DNA of 64,000 nucleotides from Callorhinchus milii (GCF_018977255.1 NW_024704743.1:65474001-65538000); one strand, 5' to 3'. Positions 39,121-51,577 are shown, counted from the stretch's first letter. Translations and numbers: made by a program. Notes: generated from the sequence alone by a model not told the origin.

Positions 39121-39446
39121 TAATAATAATAATAATAATAATCCTTGCATTTGATATAGCGCTTTTCACGTCGGGAGGATGTCCCAAAGCGCTTCACAGA
39201 ACACACTGTAAAGTGAATTGACTGTATATTTGTGGGCGAACGCGGCAGCCAATTGCGCACAGCAATGTCCCACAAACAGTCGTAGATTGAAAATGACCAA
39301 TTTATTATTGTTTTTAGTTTTTGGAGGGATTATTATTAGGTGTGTGGAGTAAGGAAACTTGCCCAAGGTTTCGCCCTGCCTGGAATTGAACTTAGGTCTC
39401 TCGCTTGCAAAGCGAGTGCTCTGACCACTGAGCTACAGGACTCCAC
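39121..39446 (-). mobile_element. Young DeuSINE nested in an L2 LINE
   Basis: Full-length CpG-rich copy that interrupts L2 ORF2 homology (the IDFVNLSLSCGTVP segment resumes on its left). Confidence 0.93.
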
Positions 39447-40058
39447 AAGGAGTAGAGGAGCAAGGAGGTGGAGCTAGGAGGTAAGGAGGGGGGTAGGGAT
39501 AGGATCCAGGGAGCAGGTGGTAGGTTTCATACGGTTTATGGTTGTGATGAGCGAGGAGGGGGAGACGGGTTCAAAGATGTGGAGGGAGCGATGGTTAGGG
39601 GCTGGGGTGGGAGGAGGAGATGGGGAGGGGGTAATAGTTGCAGTGGTAGAGGCAGCTGAGCAGATTCCCTCGACTTTGGATTCGAGGAAGTCCAGCAGTT
39701 GGCATTAAAGGTGAGGATGGGTGAGGCGTGAGAGGGTGGGCGGAGGAGTCGGTTTGGCATGGAGAAGAGGAGCCTAGGGTTGTCCTTAGCCTCCATGATT
39801 GTCTTGGAGTAGAACAATGATTTAGCGGAGGCGAGGGCAGAGCAGTAGGATTTGACATAGTCCAGCCAAATTTGCCGGTGAACAGTTAGGTTTGATTTAA
39901 GCCAGGCGAGCTCAGCGGAACGCACCTGGTCTTTAAGGGAGCGAAGATGGCTGATGTACCAAGGTGATTTGCGTGAGTAGGAGACGGTTCGGGAAGAGAG
40001 GGGAGCGAAGGAATCGAGTGGAGGAGAAGGAGCTGTGTAGAAAGTTGATCGAGGAGGA

Positions 40059-40272
40059 TAATAATAATAATAATAATCCTTGCATTTGGTATAGGGCTTT
40101 TCACGTCTTCTAGACATCTCAAAGCGCTTCACAGAATATACTGTAATGTGAATTGACCGTATATTTGTGGGCGAAACGGGGCAGCCAATTGCGCACAGCA
40201 ATGTCCCACAAACAGTCGTGGATTGAGAATGACCAATTTATTATTGTTTTGTTTTGGAGGGATTAGTATTAT
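40059..40272 (-). mobile_element. 5'-truncated DeuSINE nested in the same L2
   Basis: Tail and core are present, the tRNA head is absent, and there is AT-rich filler at the truncation point. Confidence 0.88.
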
Positions 40273-42184
40273 ATTATAATGTAATATATAATATAAAAGG
40301 ATAGGTCAGTACAGGAGAACGCCCAGAGGGGAAGGAGTTCAGATGACTCCAAGGCAGCCGAGAGGGAGTGGGGGGGAGATTTTTTTCCAGGGGTGGTATG
40401 AGTTGGAGGTGGGTGGCAGTGGGGAGAGGGATTGAGGAATTAAGGGAGTTGAAATGATGGTCCGAGATCGCTTTGTCGATGATGGTGAGGACCGAGATGG
40501 TGAGGCCCCGAGTGATCACCAGGTCGAGGGGGCGACCGCGGACGTGGGTTGCGGAGTGGATGTGGAGGGAGAGATTGAGGGAGGAGATAAGGAAGTCAGC
40601 AGAGGTAGAGCAGGAGGGGGTGAAGTGAAGGTTGTAATCGCCAAGGATGCGGAGGCGTTCAGAGCAAAGGGAGAGGGAAGATAGAAGGGTGGAGATGTCA
40701 GGGATGAAGGTGGGGGAGGGCTTGTGGGGCGGTAGATGAGAATTTTGAGGGAAAGGTTTGAGGTGTGATAGTGGGTAAGGTGCTCATATATGCACATTTA
40801 ATTTTAGATCTATGCCATCCAGTCCTGCTTTTGCGGAATGTTTAATACTTTTACACACCTCACATCATTGTAATCCAAATTTGGATTATGTCCCCCTAGT
40901 CATTTTCTATAACAAGAATGAGTTTAGTTCTGCAAGGCTCGTCTTATAACTTAGAACATTTTTAGCACTTGAGGCTCAGAATCATCTTTGTTGCATTTAT
41001 TTGAATCCCTTACCAATACTTTAGTGCCCTTTAAAACGTAGGGTATTCAAAACAACACCTAGATTTGGTTTCACAAGCAATCTATGTGGAACAGAATTAT
41101 TTATTTCAATTTACAGATGAATGTATTAAGATAAACTCGAACTTGATTTTTTTTTGACAGCAGCTAATTGATTTTGAACCTTAAGTGAATCATCAATAAT
41201 TATGACCAAATCCTTTTCATTCTTTAAATCTATTTATGGACACCCCATGATTTTGTACGTGTTCCTTGCCTTTTATTCCAATATGCATGACTTTGCATCT
41301 GTCTGCATTAAAATTCAGTGTTGGCATTTTCTGAGTTTTTGTTTATTTTTGGGTGGTGGTGTGAGCTTGTGTGAGTTAAAGTATAGCTAGCTGATTGCAG
41401 GCTTCTTGTCAATGGTCCCCCAGAAAACCAAGAGCTCTACTTTGGATGTTGAACTTTTCATCCCTGTCCACAATCGTAAGAAGTGACTTGCTCAAGGGTG
41501 AGTCACACATTGCACAAACTCCGTGGTGAATATCTAGCCAAAGCTGCTGTCTTTGTTGAATCCTGAGAATCTTGCACTGTGGGAGTCGGGATAACCTTAA
41601 TAACATTCCCATCCATTCTTGCTGAAAGAAGGAGGTGATAGGAGAACAGAACTGAATGCCGACACTGGCAACATCCCGCAGCTGTGTGGGCTGTAAACAC
41701 AGACAGAGAGACTATTGGAGTACAGTGCTAAATCTCTTGAGGGTCACAAGTTATGGGAGGTAGGCTGTATTGTGAGTTTACGAGCTTTAGAATTGGATGT
41801 AATTTAGAGATGATGAGAAGCTATTGAAATGAGACGACCAAGTGTGTAATTGAGTGGTTGCTGCTGGCTGTGCTGTGGTGACCTTTACTATAATTTAATA
41901 ACTACATGTCTCCATTGAGAGTCTTCTTGTGACTTGGTGCAGGACGACTGGGTGTGAGTTGAGAGGGCAAGTTCAAGACACGTATTGTTCAGGATGAGTG
42001 TGATAATTTAAGAAAAAAGTCTCATCTGTCACTTTCTTAAAATAGATTGAAAGAACAAAGGCCAACAGACTTTTCATACCTCAGTAACTGAGAGCTTCAG
42101 TTACTTGCAAGTCTCATTCTAAAGAAGGTGTGAATGAATGAATATTGAGAATAGTCATACTTCTGTGTAATAAATTAATAAAAA

Positions 42185-42476
42185 ATAATAATAATCCTTG
42201 CATTTGATATAGCGCTTTTCATGTCTTCTAGGTGTCTCAAAGCGCTTCACAGAATGTACTGTAAAGTGAATTGACTGTATATTTGTGGGTGAAACACGGT
42301 AGCCAATTGCTCACAGCAGTGTCGCACAGTGGATTGAGTCACCAACTTGTTATTTTATTTATTTCCTTGAGGGATTATTATCAGGCATGTGGAGTAAGGA
42401 AACTTGCCCAAAGTTTGGCCCTGCAGGGAATTGAACCCAGGTCTCTCGCTCTAACCACTGAGCTACAGGACTCCAC
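42185..42476 (-). mobile_element. DeuSINE copy with anticodon-arm deletion
   Basis: Head-core-tail present. About 15 nt of the anticodon stem-loop are missing (gtctctcgct|ctaacc). Confidence 0.88.
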
Positions 42477-42484
42477 ATCTTCAT

Positions 42485-42519
42485 TAATCATTATCTTGAT
42501 AAAATCAAGATAATGATTA
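42485..42519. repeat. Perfect 16-bp inverted repeat with AAA loop
   Basis: TAATCATTATCTTGAT-AAA-ATCAAGATAATGATTA. Confidence 0.9.
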
Positions 42520-42733
42520 TTGCTGGAGGTTTTGCAGTGATTCTGAAAATGTTCAAGTTCTGGAGCGATGTTCTATGGATGCTAATCTATTGTTACCTTA
42601 TTTCCATTCATGACCTTTGATGTTACTGCAAATCCTATTTGACTTACAAAGAAGTAAACATTCTGCTATCTGACATTCAGGTTGTTTTTTCCCCACACAA
42701 ATAGGCTTAAGCTTCTTGTCTTTGATATTTCAG

Positions 42734-42848
42734 CCTGAAGAGTTAGCTTCTAGTTCCCACACATTCAAGAACAAGACTTTCAAGAAGCCCAAGCCCTGCA
42801 GCATCTGCAAGCAAGTCATCAGCAACAGCCAAGGTCTTTCCTGCAGAG
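42734..42848 (+). CDS. TNS3: Tensin C1-domain exon, first part (PEELASSSHTFKNKTFKKPKPCSICKQVISNSQGLSCR+G)
   Basis: Pyrimidine-rich tract and cag acceptor at 42731-42733. The 115-nt exon is open (38 codons + 1 nt) and ends at a gtgag donor at 42849. It has the H-x12-C-x2-C...C pattern of a C1 domain, and the PEEL...HTFK.KTFKK start resembles long tensin N-termini. TNS3 versus TNS1/TNS2 is from recalled similarity only. Confidence 0.88.
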
Positions 42849-43246
42849 GTGAGCCTCCAGAATATACCACTAGATTCAGTGCAGTGTAACTGTAATAGTG
42901 CTGATTGTCTTTCTTCAAAGCTTTATCATTGTCATTTTGCAACTTGCCAATGGAAACAAAAAGTAGTTCTTAAAATGCCTTTCAATTACTTTACCTATTA
43001 CAAAATTACTCAATTGTAAACTGTGTATAAGTTACAAACGTCCATTAACAAGGTATTTGACTCCATATTAGTGACTGATATAAACAGATTCAGTTTTAAC
43101 ATGTTTTTTTCCCGAAACTTGGCACAAAGAGCCAAAAATGTGTGTGGTATTTTGTAAGGCAGCGCAAATAATAATTTGCCACTAGTTTTGCAAATGAAAC
43201 ATTAACTTCTAATTCAATAAAATAAAATGTTTGGTTTATTGTTTAA

Positions 43247-43319
43247 ATAGCTGTACCCGTTGGAGCTATGTTGCAACCAGTTTCATTTAATTGGCCTTCT
43301 CTCTTTCGTCTGGTATAGA
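43247..43319 (-). mobile_element. Second candidate mini-Helitron or Helitron 3' end
   Basis: Shares AGCTGTACCCGTT...TTGCAACCA with the 51578 copy. Possible 5' end A|TCTATAC at 43319; the 3' end is CTAT rather than CTRR. Confidence 0.35.
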
Positions 43320-44215
43320 TACTGAGCAGAGAATAGTCATTCCCCGGTTGGCAGAGGGAAGGTAGTGGGGAATTAGAAGATTGACTACGTTGAGCTGCTG
43401 TTGTGCACCTACTGGTGAATAGGAAAGATAGATATTGGCGATGGTTCTGAGGTTTTCCCAACTCCTTCGCTGCACAGAGGGATCTGAACTGTATGTCTGG
43501 GTGGGGTGGGGGGTGTGGTGGAGTGTGTGGAGAGGGGGGAAGGAAAGATAGTAATAGGACAGAAGGGGAGAAGGGAGAAGAAAATGTTGCATTTAGGAAA
43601 AATCTTATGTTAAGGAAGCAAAGAAACACTTTATGTAGTAAGCTATGCATACTTTCAACTATGCAATGCAGAATTGATTCTCCCTATCCTCATCTAAAGG
43701 AACAGGGGTTAGTTAGTGAACAATACATCTCTATCATGTCCTTGGAATAAAGTGCTGTAACTATTACACTAAAATGACTTTTATATACTGTATAACTTTT
43801 AAGGGGCTCCAGAATGATTTGAAACCAAACCCGTTTTGTGTGGGCAGCAGCTATTCAGAGTTTTCTGCATTTATATATAACTGAAATGATTGAGAGTGAG
43901 TAAATCATAAATATTTAGTCATTTCTGAAAATGGGAAATAATCATTAATGTTCAATATCAACTAAATAATGAGAATTCTTAAAAAAAGGAAGAAATAATA
44001 AGGATTTTATTGAAGTAAATGTAAGCAAGCAAAAATATGCCCAAAAAATAAGAGACTGACATATCTCTCCACAAGAATACTTCACTGGTATTATTTGCTC
44101 TGTTTCACAACTGTCTTGACTACTTTCACTCTCCCAACGATTTTAATTGAATAATTTTCTTCCCTCTTTTTTCTCTTCTGCTTGTCTTTGGTGGTGAAGC
44201 TGTTCAGGTGGGTTC

Positions 44216-45003
44216 TGTGTGTGCTTGCATGTGTATGTGTGCTTGCGTGTGTGTGCTTGCTTGCGTGTGTGTGCTTGCTTGCGTGTGTGTGTGTGCTTGC
44301 GTGTGTGTGTGTGCTTGCGTGTGTGTGCTTGCTTGTGTGTGTGTGCTTGCGTGTGGTGTGCTTGCGTGTGTGTGTGCTTGCGTGTGTGTGCGTGCTTGCG
44401 TGTGTGCGTGCTTGCGTGTGTGTGTGTGCTTGCGTGTGTGTGTGTGCTTGCGTGTGTGTGTGTGCTTGCGTGTGTGTGTGTGCTTGCGTGTGTGTGTGTG
44501 CTTGCGTGTGTGTGCTTGCTTGCGTGTGTGTGCTTGCTTGCGTGTGTGTGCTTGTGTGCTTGTGTGTGGGTGTGTGCTTGTGTGTGTGCTTGTGTGTGTG
44601 TGTGTGTGCTTGTGTGTGTTTGTGTGCTTGTGTGTGGGTGTGTGCTTGTGTGTGTGCTTGTGTGTGTGTGTGCTTGTGTGTGGGTGTGTGCTTGTGTGGG
44701 TGTGTGCTTGTGTGTGTGCGTGTGTGTGTGTGTGCTTGCTTGTGTGTGTGCTTGCTTGTGTGTGTGTGTGTGTGCTTGCTTGTGTGTGTGTGTGCTTGTG
44801 TGCTTGTGTGTGTGCTTGTGTGTGTGTGTGCTTGCTTGTGTGTGTGTGTGTGCTTGCTTGTGTGTGTGTGTGTGCTTGCTTGTGTGTGTGTGTGCTTGCT
44901 TGTGTGTGTGTGTGTGTTTGCTTGTGTGCATGTGTACTTGCTTGTGTGTGTGTGCTTGCTTGTGTGTGCACGTGTGTGTGTGTATGCTTGCTTGTGTGTG
45001 TGT
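44216..45003. repeat. Compound microsatellite: (GT)n punctuated by GCTT/GCTTGC
   Basis: Directly visible. It is the source of the six low-complexity ORFs at 44091-45185. Confidence 0.97.
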
Positions 45004-46599
45004 GGCGGCACCAAGAGCATGTAAGTGCTTGTGTGGGATATGTGGTTTAGTTCATGACTATCTGGATGCATTACTATGTGCAAATATGTGTGAGGTGCAG
45101 ACGTGTGCCACAGGGTGCCACGTGTTTGTGGTTTTGGCATGCAGCAAGGGCGTGTTAGCTCTTGAGGTATGAGGGATGTATGCAATCCAGTGTCCTGTGT
45201 GTGGTATTGGATTTGAAGTGTGAGAGCTCCTTCCTATCTAAAGTCAGTTTCTTATACAGACAATCAGATTTTCTCACATTATTTTAGTTAAGCAGGGATT
45301 TTGTATTTGTGGCTCAGCCCTTTTAAGGTGTCCCTACAGCAAACATCATTCCCTGTGTGGGAGTTGTTTAATTCTGTTTTGGGTCACTCCCCCACCCCAA
45401 CCTTTACATCCTGGATGTACTGACTGGTGCTGGGATATGGTTGCACACTTCCAGTGCCTCCCACAATGCCATTCCCTAGCAAATCGTGGTTAGCCACTCC
45501 TCGTGTTTGTATGTAACAGGATGCTTGTAGTCATGTAAGAGCAATGATGTGAAATGTAGTTTTGCCTGAAGATTTTTTATATGTACTTTATAGTTTTGCG
45601 GTTGTTCTGTCATGATAAGGCTCATAATTCACGTGCGAGTCTAGGTGAAATATCGGCCAGATAAACAGTTATGGGGAGGTGCTAGATCTGTTCTCACAAC
45701 AGGAGCTACTGAGTAGTTGTCAAGAGTGCAAAATCAAACACATTTTCCCTCTTTCCTACCCAAAGCTGTCAAGGCCATTTGTCGAGTGCCCTACTGCTGC
45801 TCCTATTGTGATTAGCTTCTTCAGTACATACCCAAATCAAACCTGGGTGTTTTCTGGTCTATGTGGCCCAGTTCCACATTGTACAGTGCGCTTACCACCC
45901 AAATGAGCAGCGTCACATAGGACCCAGAGTGAGATCTTGAGAGGTATGCTGGAGAAATATAAAGCGACTAAATGAAAACATGGGATCTCCAAACTAATAC
46001 TCCCAACTCTTTTATTTTAAGGTGGAGGATAACAATCTCTGGGAGAAGATTGTTGAGCAGTAACTTGATTCAGACATTTGGAAACTCTTAACTTCTGGTT
46101 GTTGGCATCTTGGATGTAACTCTCTTGTATATTTTGTTTGTTTGAATAATATGTGGTGTTGGGAGGGGTTCGTTATAGATTTTGGGTTGCTGATGTCAGT
46201 TTCTGTTCATCTCCTGGAATTAACTAAATCACAAGATAAGTATGGATGAAAAAGGCACAAGATCTCATCCCTGAATAATACCCACCCTACAATCATCTCA
46301 TTACGGCAGCAAGCGTTTTTTAAAAAATGATACATTCATGTGGTTATTTCTCCAGATGGTTAATGCTTCCAGTATAATCATCACTTATTTAACCAAGAGT
46401 TATATTATAAACAGTTAAACTATCTGTTTGTTGACCTGTTTGACTGAAGAGAGAGGTTGCTGTGACCATTTTAGAATTGCCTCTGACCTTCAGTGTATAA
46501 CTAACATAATAATCACATTTGATTCATGCTGTGAATGTGAGGTCTGCATCACCCGTATAACTGTGTCCTATTGCTGTGGAGCAATAAGAATACTAGTGG

Positions 46600-47005
46600 T
46601 TACATTTGATATAGCACCTTTCATATCAAAAGTTACAAAGCACTTCACAGGATCTAGTGTAAAGTGTAGTGACTTGCCTATTTGTAGATGAACAAAACAG
46701 CCAAGTTGTGCAAGGCATTGTGCTACAAGCAGCCATGAAATGAATGACTAATTTTTATCTGGATAATTGTTGGTCAGGACACCACAAGAAATTCCATCCA
46801 CTTTTTGAAAAATGCCATGGGATCTTTATTGGCCTCCTGAACAGACAGATGGGACCTCAGTTCAATATTTCATCTGAAGGACAGCACCATTGACAATGCA
46901 GTGTTGTCCAGGACTACATCGGATTGTCAGCCTAGACCATGGTCTCAGTGCTCCAAAAGTAGGGCTTGAACCCACAACTTCAGACTCAGAGGCAAGAGAC
47001 TGACA
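46600..47005 (-). mobile_element. Older long DeuSINE, ~200 bp upstream of the second C1 exon
   Basis: gccatgggatcttt..catctgaaggacagcacc..gggcttgaacccacaac..actcagaggcaagag. Confidence 0.82.
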
Positions 47006-47203
47006 CCTATTGCAATGGTAGATCATGGGGTATGATTGACAGCTAACCTTGGAAATCATGTTATAAACTGACAGTATTATATTACACAGGAAAAATGATT
47101 TTTAACTTTTTTTAGGGTTGTTTTGTGAGACCCGTTGACTTGTACAACACAAATTCGGGATACTAGCCCAATTGTTTATAATTTTTTTTTGTTTCTTTTT
47201 CAG

Positions 47204-47241
47204 TCTGCAAATATGCTTGCCACAAGAAATGCGAGTCAAAG
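47204..47241 (+). CDS. TNS3: Tensin C1-domain exon, second part ((V)CKYACHKKCESK)
   Basis: Long poly-T tract and cag acceptor ending at 47203; gtaaga donor at 47242. The 38-nt exon completes the phase-1 codon (G|TC = Val) and supplies the C..C-H..C ligands of the C1 finger. Confidence 0.9.
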
Positions 47242-50200
47242 GTAAGAAGGAACAAAAAGTAGAGAATTCATTTGTAAATCACTATGTAGAATGTGATAAA
47301 AAGATCAAATTACTTTGACTATCTATGATGCACGGTTTCATTCTCTGCTATGCAAGTCCCTTCAAAGGTATTAGTGAAATTCATATGGCCTCATTGGCCT
47401 TCTAAATCTCCTGCAAAGATTGTTCTCACCTGAGAAAGGTACAATTTCTTTTCTGGACATTTATTGGAAAACTATTGCTTTGAATTAACCCAAATCTGAG
47501 GTACTTGGGACCTAAGACAATTTTGATTATTCATGTTCCTGCAAAATGTTGAAGGTCTAATTTACTGCACTACCCCTTAGCAGTGTGAAGGACGGGAATG
47601 AGCTATTGATCTCAGTAGCCTTGCTGCGGGAAGATGTTACAAAAATAATATTACTATAATGCTCCTTGTGTTTGCTTCACATTGCATCTTCTGTCTCCCT
47701 CCACTGTCAACCTGGACAGACTGTTCCAGTATATTGTAAAAGGAATTGGACTGGTGGGAAAATAACACTTAGAACCAGCCATTTTTAAAAAATAAATAGA
47801 ACAATTTTGTTTAACTACCTTATCAAACCATGTGCAGGAAGCACCTCCAACAAGAGGTTTACTGTTTAGATCCATTATGTTACAATCCAAGTTCATGCAG
47901 CTTTTTTGCGAAAGTTTGGCAGCTGGCGTTCCTTCAGGTGTTAGAAGTAACTACAGAAAACTATTTTCCAAATTAAGATTAAATTGATTTTGAGTTTTCC
48001 AAAATTCTGTGCAAATTTAGGTTTTAAGTCTTACAGTTGAGAGAGGGATTTTGGGGTATTGGGTTTGTCTACACATTACAATGAGACTTAGAGTTGTTGC
48101 TTCGGAGTTGCTCATGATTGACTGAAGATGGTATTGATGGAGATACTTTGGCTGCAGTACAGCTTCCCTGAAACAACAGGGAGTGTAAACAATGGTTTTA
48201 GTACCTCCGTAAGTAACAAAGTAAGTATAAATTGCAGTGCGATTTGAGCTCATAAGTGTTGCACAGAAACCCCTTTAAGTCTAGGTTTGCTGGTATAACT
48301 AAAGCTTGACCTTACAATGTGAATAGGACTGTTGACACAGAAATGGAATTTGTTAATGCTTTGTTAATGACTTTCCCCAAAGTATTCTACATAGGGTGCT
48401 TTTAATCAAAAGAACATTGGAATGCAGTCCAGGGTGACCTTGAACAATAAATTGTGCAGACGGGATATTAATATGTGCTCCACTGCTACATTAACTCTCT
48501 AATTTTTTTTAAAAAATCTGGTCAGCATTAAGAATCTAAGTGATGAGGGGCTAACTTCAGGCTTTTTCTCTAAATGGGGGAAGTGCTACATAAGGAGTTC
48601 TCATGTCCTGACTTTACCAGGGCTTTTGAACGAAACCAGTTTTATGAAAATCCTGGTCAACATGGCCTGGTGATAAATGAAATTCTTGGTAAATTGAAAT
48701 GCACAAAATTAAAATGACTATAACTGTTTCCTGATTTGCGGTAATCTTCATGCCATTATAAGGAAAAAAACAAGTGTAGTTACGTTCTGCTGCAACAAAC
48801 CCTCTGGTTATGTCCGGCTGTTTGCATTGTTTGACATCTTGTCGCCATTTGGCCTGGTATTTTTTCCATTGAAAATTTGTCTGAGTTCTGAGGTAATTGA
48901 AAACATGTTTTATGGTTTCAGGTGAACTTTACTCTTGTTTTTACAGCTGTTATTGTTTCGAGTTAAGATTGGTACTTGATGGCAGCTCAGTGAGGCATTG
49001 GAGTGCTAATGCATGTTGGCAAGCAGTTGCCGTGGCTTCATTTGGCCACTCCCCTCAGTTTTTGATCTGAACCATTCTGTGGTGCGGAGGTGCCCGATGA
49101 AGACATAAATCTCCTAGCAAATCAGAGGGATATCAGATGGGAGGTCTCAATTGCACTTGGCAACCAGCAGAATGCTGGAGTGGCAATTTATGTGTGAGTC
49201 TTGAGAGTGGGTGTTGATAGGGTTTGGCCGGTTGTACAGCTGTAGGGGCCATTACAGCTGAGCCTGATTCTTTCCTCACCCGATGAATGCACACATGTAC
49301 TTTGTGGAAGGGGACTCTGGATAACCATTGGGGAGTGTGAGCTGATTTTCCTCCCCTTCCTTCTCTAACCCAGAGGAACCTGTCTTAGATCATGTTAGGC
49401 TTATATTCTGTGCCATTCAAGTGGCACTCAGATCTCATTCTTCCTATTTTGAAACAACGATGGCGGGCGCTGATAGTGGTAGTCGAAGGCTTTGACTGGC
49501 TTCAGGCCAAGCTTTTGTGCCAAAGCTAGGGAGAAGGTGTTTTTATACGTTACACATTGCAGCGGAGCTTGATCCTGTTCTCACCTACTGTCTTAGCTCC
49601 TGTCCACATTCATGCATTTTCCAGTATGGATCCTAGTGATCAGCAGTATTAAGATTACTGAGTCTCCCATCCTTATCCAGAGACACCGAGGTCAATTTTA
49701 GTCTTTCCAATTACCCCCTTCTCCCCCTGTCCTCCATTGCTGCCTGTCCTCACTGAGATTGAGACTGCAACCTTCTGATTTTAAAGGTACAATTACCACA
49801 AACCCATTACAATGTATGGTTAGATTAGTGTTTGCTTCATACTGTTCATTATGCAAAAGTACATCTGAATAGCTCCTAAATTCTTTAGTGCCACAAATTC
49901 CAGCTAATTTATGCACCCCTTAACAAAAAGTTGACCTAGAAATCTGATATTTCAATATAAAGAACTACCTGTACTATGATTATCAGTACGTCAGGCAAAC
50001 AATGTAGGCACCTCAGGTAACGGAGATTAAACAGTCCGGTTTAGAAATATCGTGGTTCCCACAATCTGACACCATTATAATTGAAGGTAAACAGAAAAAG
50101 GAAGAGCGCCCATGGGTGTAGAGAAAGTCTTATCAAAAAAGGCAGGAGTGTATTTTTAAACTCTTCTATTTGTGATAGATTTGTCTGGCATCTGATTTGA

Positions 50201-50714
50201 TCAGGTTTGTGCTGCCCAAGGTTACGCAGAAACAAAGTTTGATCATTGTGAAGTCTAGACACCAAGTGTCTCATTCCAAAAGATTTAACAAAGCTGAAAA
50301 TGTATGACTATCCGATTATTGACAACTGATGAATCACGTATTGGGGAATAGATGTGTCACAGGCCTATATCTTAATCGAGGTGATGGAGGTGTGTAAGGT
50401 TCTCACTTGGAGAGAGGGAGAGGAACCCGATGAGAGGAATACCTTTGGTGCCAGGGAGGTTCTGTTTTTTTAGTCATCTTATTTTCCACCCACACCCCCA
50501 AGGGACACACACCAGCTTGGGTTCTCAAATCAGCTGTGTGAAGAGTTTTGACACGTCTTCTTGATGTGAAAGGCCGTAGATGGATGTAAATTGTTGTTGT
50601 GGATTGAGAAAGTTGTTTTTCATCTTTTAAAAAATAGCATGATGTGTTCTGTGCTGTGTAGCTTGTTTATAGCTCACTGAATAAAAGTTATAATTATTTG
50701 TAATAATAATACAT

Positions 50715-50995
50715 ATAATTGATATAGCACTTGAAATGTTGAAAGATCTCACAAATAATTGCAGGTAATGGCTGTATTTGTGGGCAAATCCGGCACACAG
50801 CAAGGTTCCACTCACAGGCTTTAAGTAAACAACCAATTTATCTGAAGTTTTGCTGGCTAGCATTACAAAGAGAAATCCCCTTCTCTTTTCTAATAGTGTT
50901 GTTGGATCTTTACCTTCCAAATAAACAGGCTGATGGGTCCGTTGTTTAATGTCTCATCCAAAATCCTGATGTAGGTCTTATACCCACAACCTTTT
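50715..50995 (-). mobile_element. Older DeuSINE, decayed
   Basis: Partial tail, core and body matches. Confidence 0.55.
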
Positions 50996-51577
50996 TTGAT
51001 CTTGCATTTAAAGCATGTGACTGAATATGGATGATTTATAAGGGAAGGAAAAGATGGAGTTGATTTGTTTGTTTAATATACAATAGCGATTTACAGTACT
51101 CTGGACAGTATTATAAGTTCGTACACTTCACCTAAAGTGATGGAAATGTATACCTGTTGATTTACACAGTGGAGCTCCAATTGTTCATGTGTCTGTTTAT
51201 CAGCATAGACTTTGGAAATGGAAGTTGGACACGAAGATTTCCACAAGGCAAAAATAATGTGCCAGTTGTGTGCAATATTTCTACGGCCTCTCAGAGTCTG
51301 GCTACTTGATGTGACCAATCTCATGTACACGAGTGCAACTTCGCACATAAGCACCAACAGTGTTTTTTTTGTTGGGCCAAGGTTTTATTTGTAATTTATT
51401 TTTACATTCTGCATTTTCAGGTTAGAGACATATTTTGTAGTGTTAAAGAGAGATGTAGAGACTCCGAGAAAGAGAACAAAAGAGACATAATGAAAGAGAA
51501 AAATAGTCTCACAGAATGAGAGTCAAAGTGGCAGAGAGAGAGAGAGAAAAGCGAGTTTCATTGCTGTTTATAGTATA

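Larger units (their letters stand above)
37628..40790 (-). mobile_element. L2-clade LINE, ~3 kb, degenerate ORF2 (APE endonuclease + reverse transcriptase) with two nested SINEs
   Basis: RT motifs LLVFLDLSAAFDTVDH, ANFLQLNVNKIE, NLGVLFD and RLDYANSLL in the ORF track, plus [10 protein letters not shown] read directly at ~38528-38555. Endonuclease-like EHLT..IYRP and AISDHH. Many frameshifts; (GTT)n 3' tail. Confidence 0.92.

Noticed and set aside
37603..40797. Active reverse-transcriptase gene or retron-like system
   Set aside because: It is an ordinary L2 ORF2 broken by frameshifts, stops and SINE insertions.
40871..40888. 18-bp palindrome TAATCCAAATTTGGATTA containing a CArG box; another CArG at 52287-52296
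   Set aside because: Short AT-rich motifs are expected by chance in 64 kb, and the first seems to lie in decayed LINE sequence.
44091..45185. Long His/Thr- or Cys/Val-rich ORFs (255-364 aa) in all six frames
   Set aside because: They are translations of a stop-free microsatellite, not genes.
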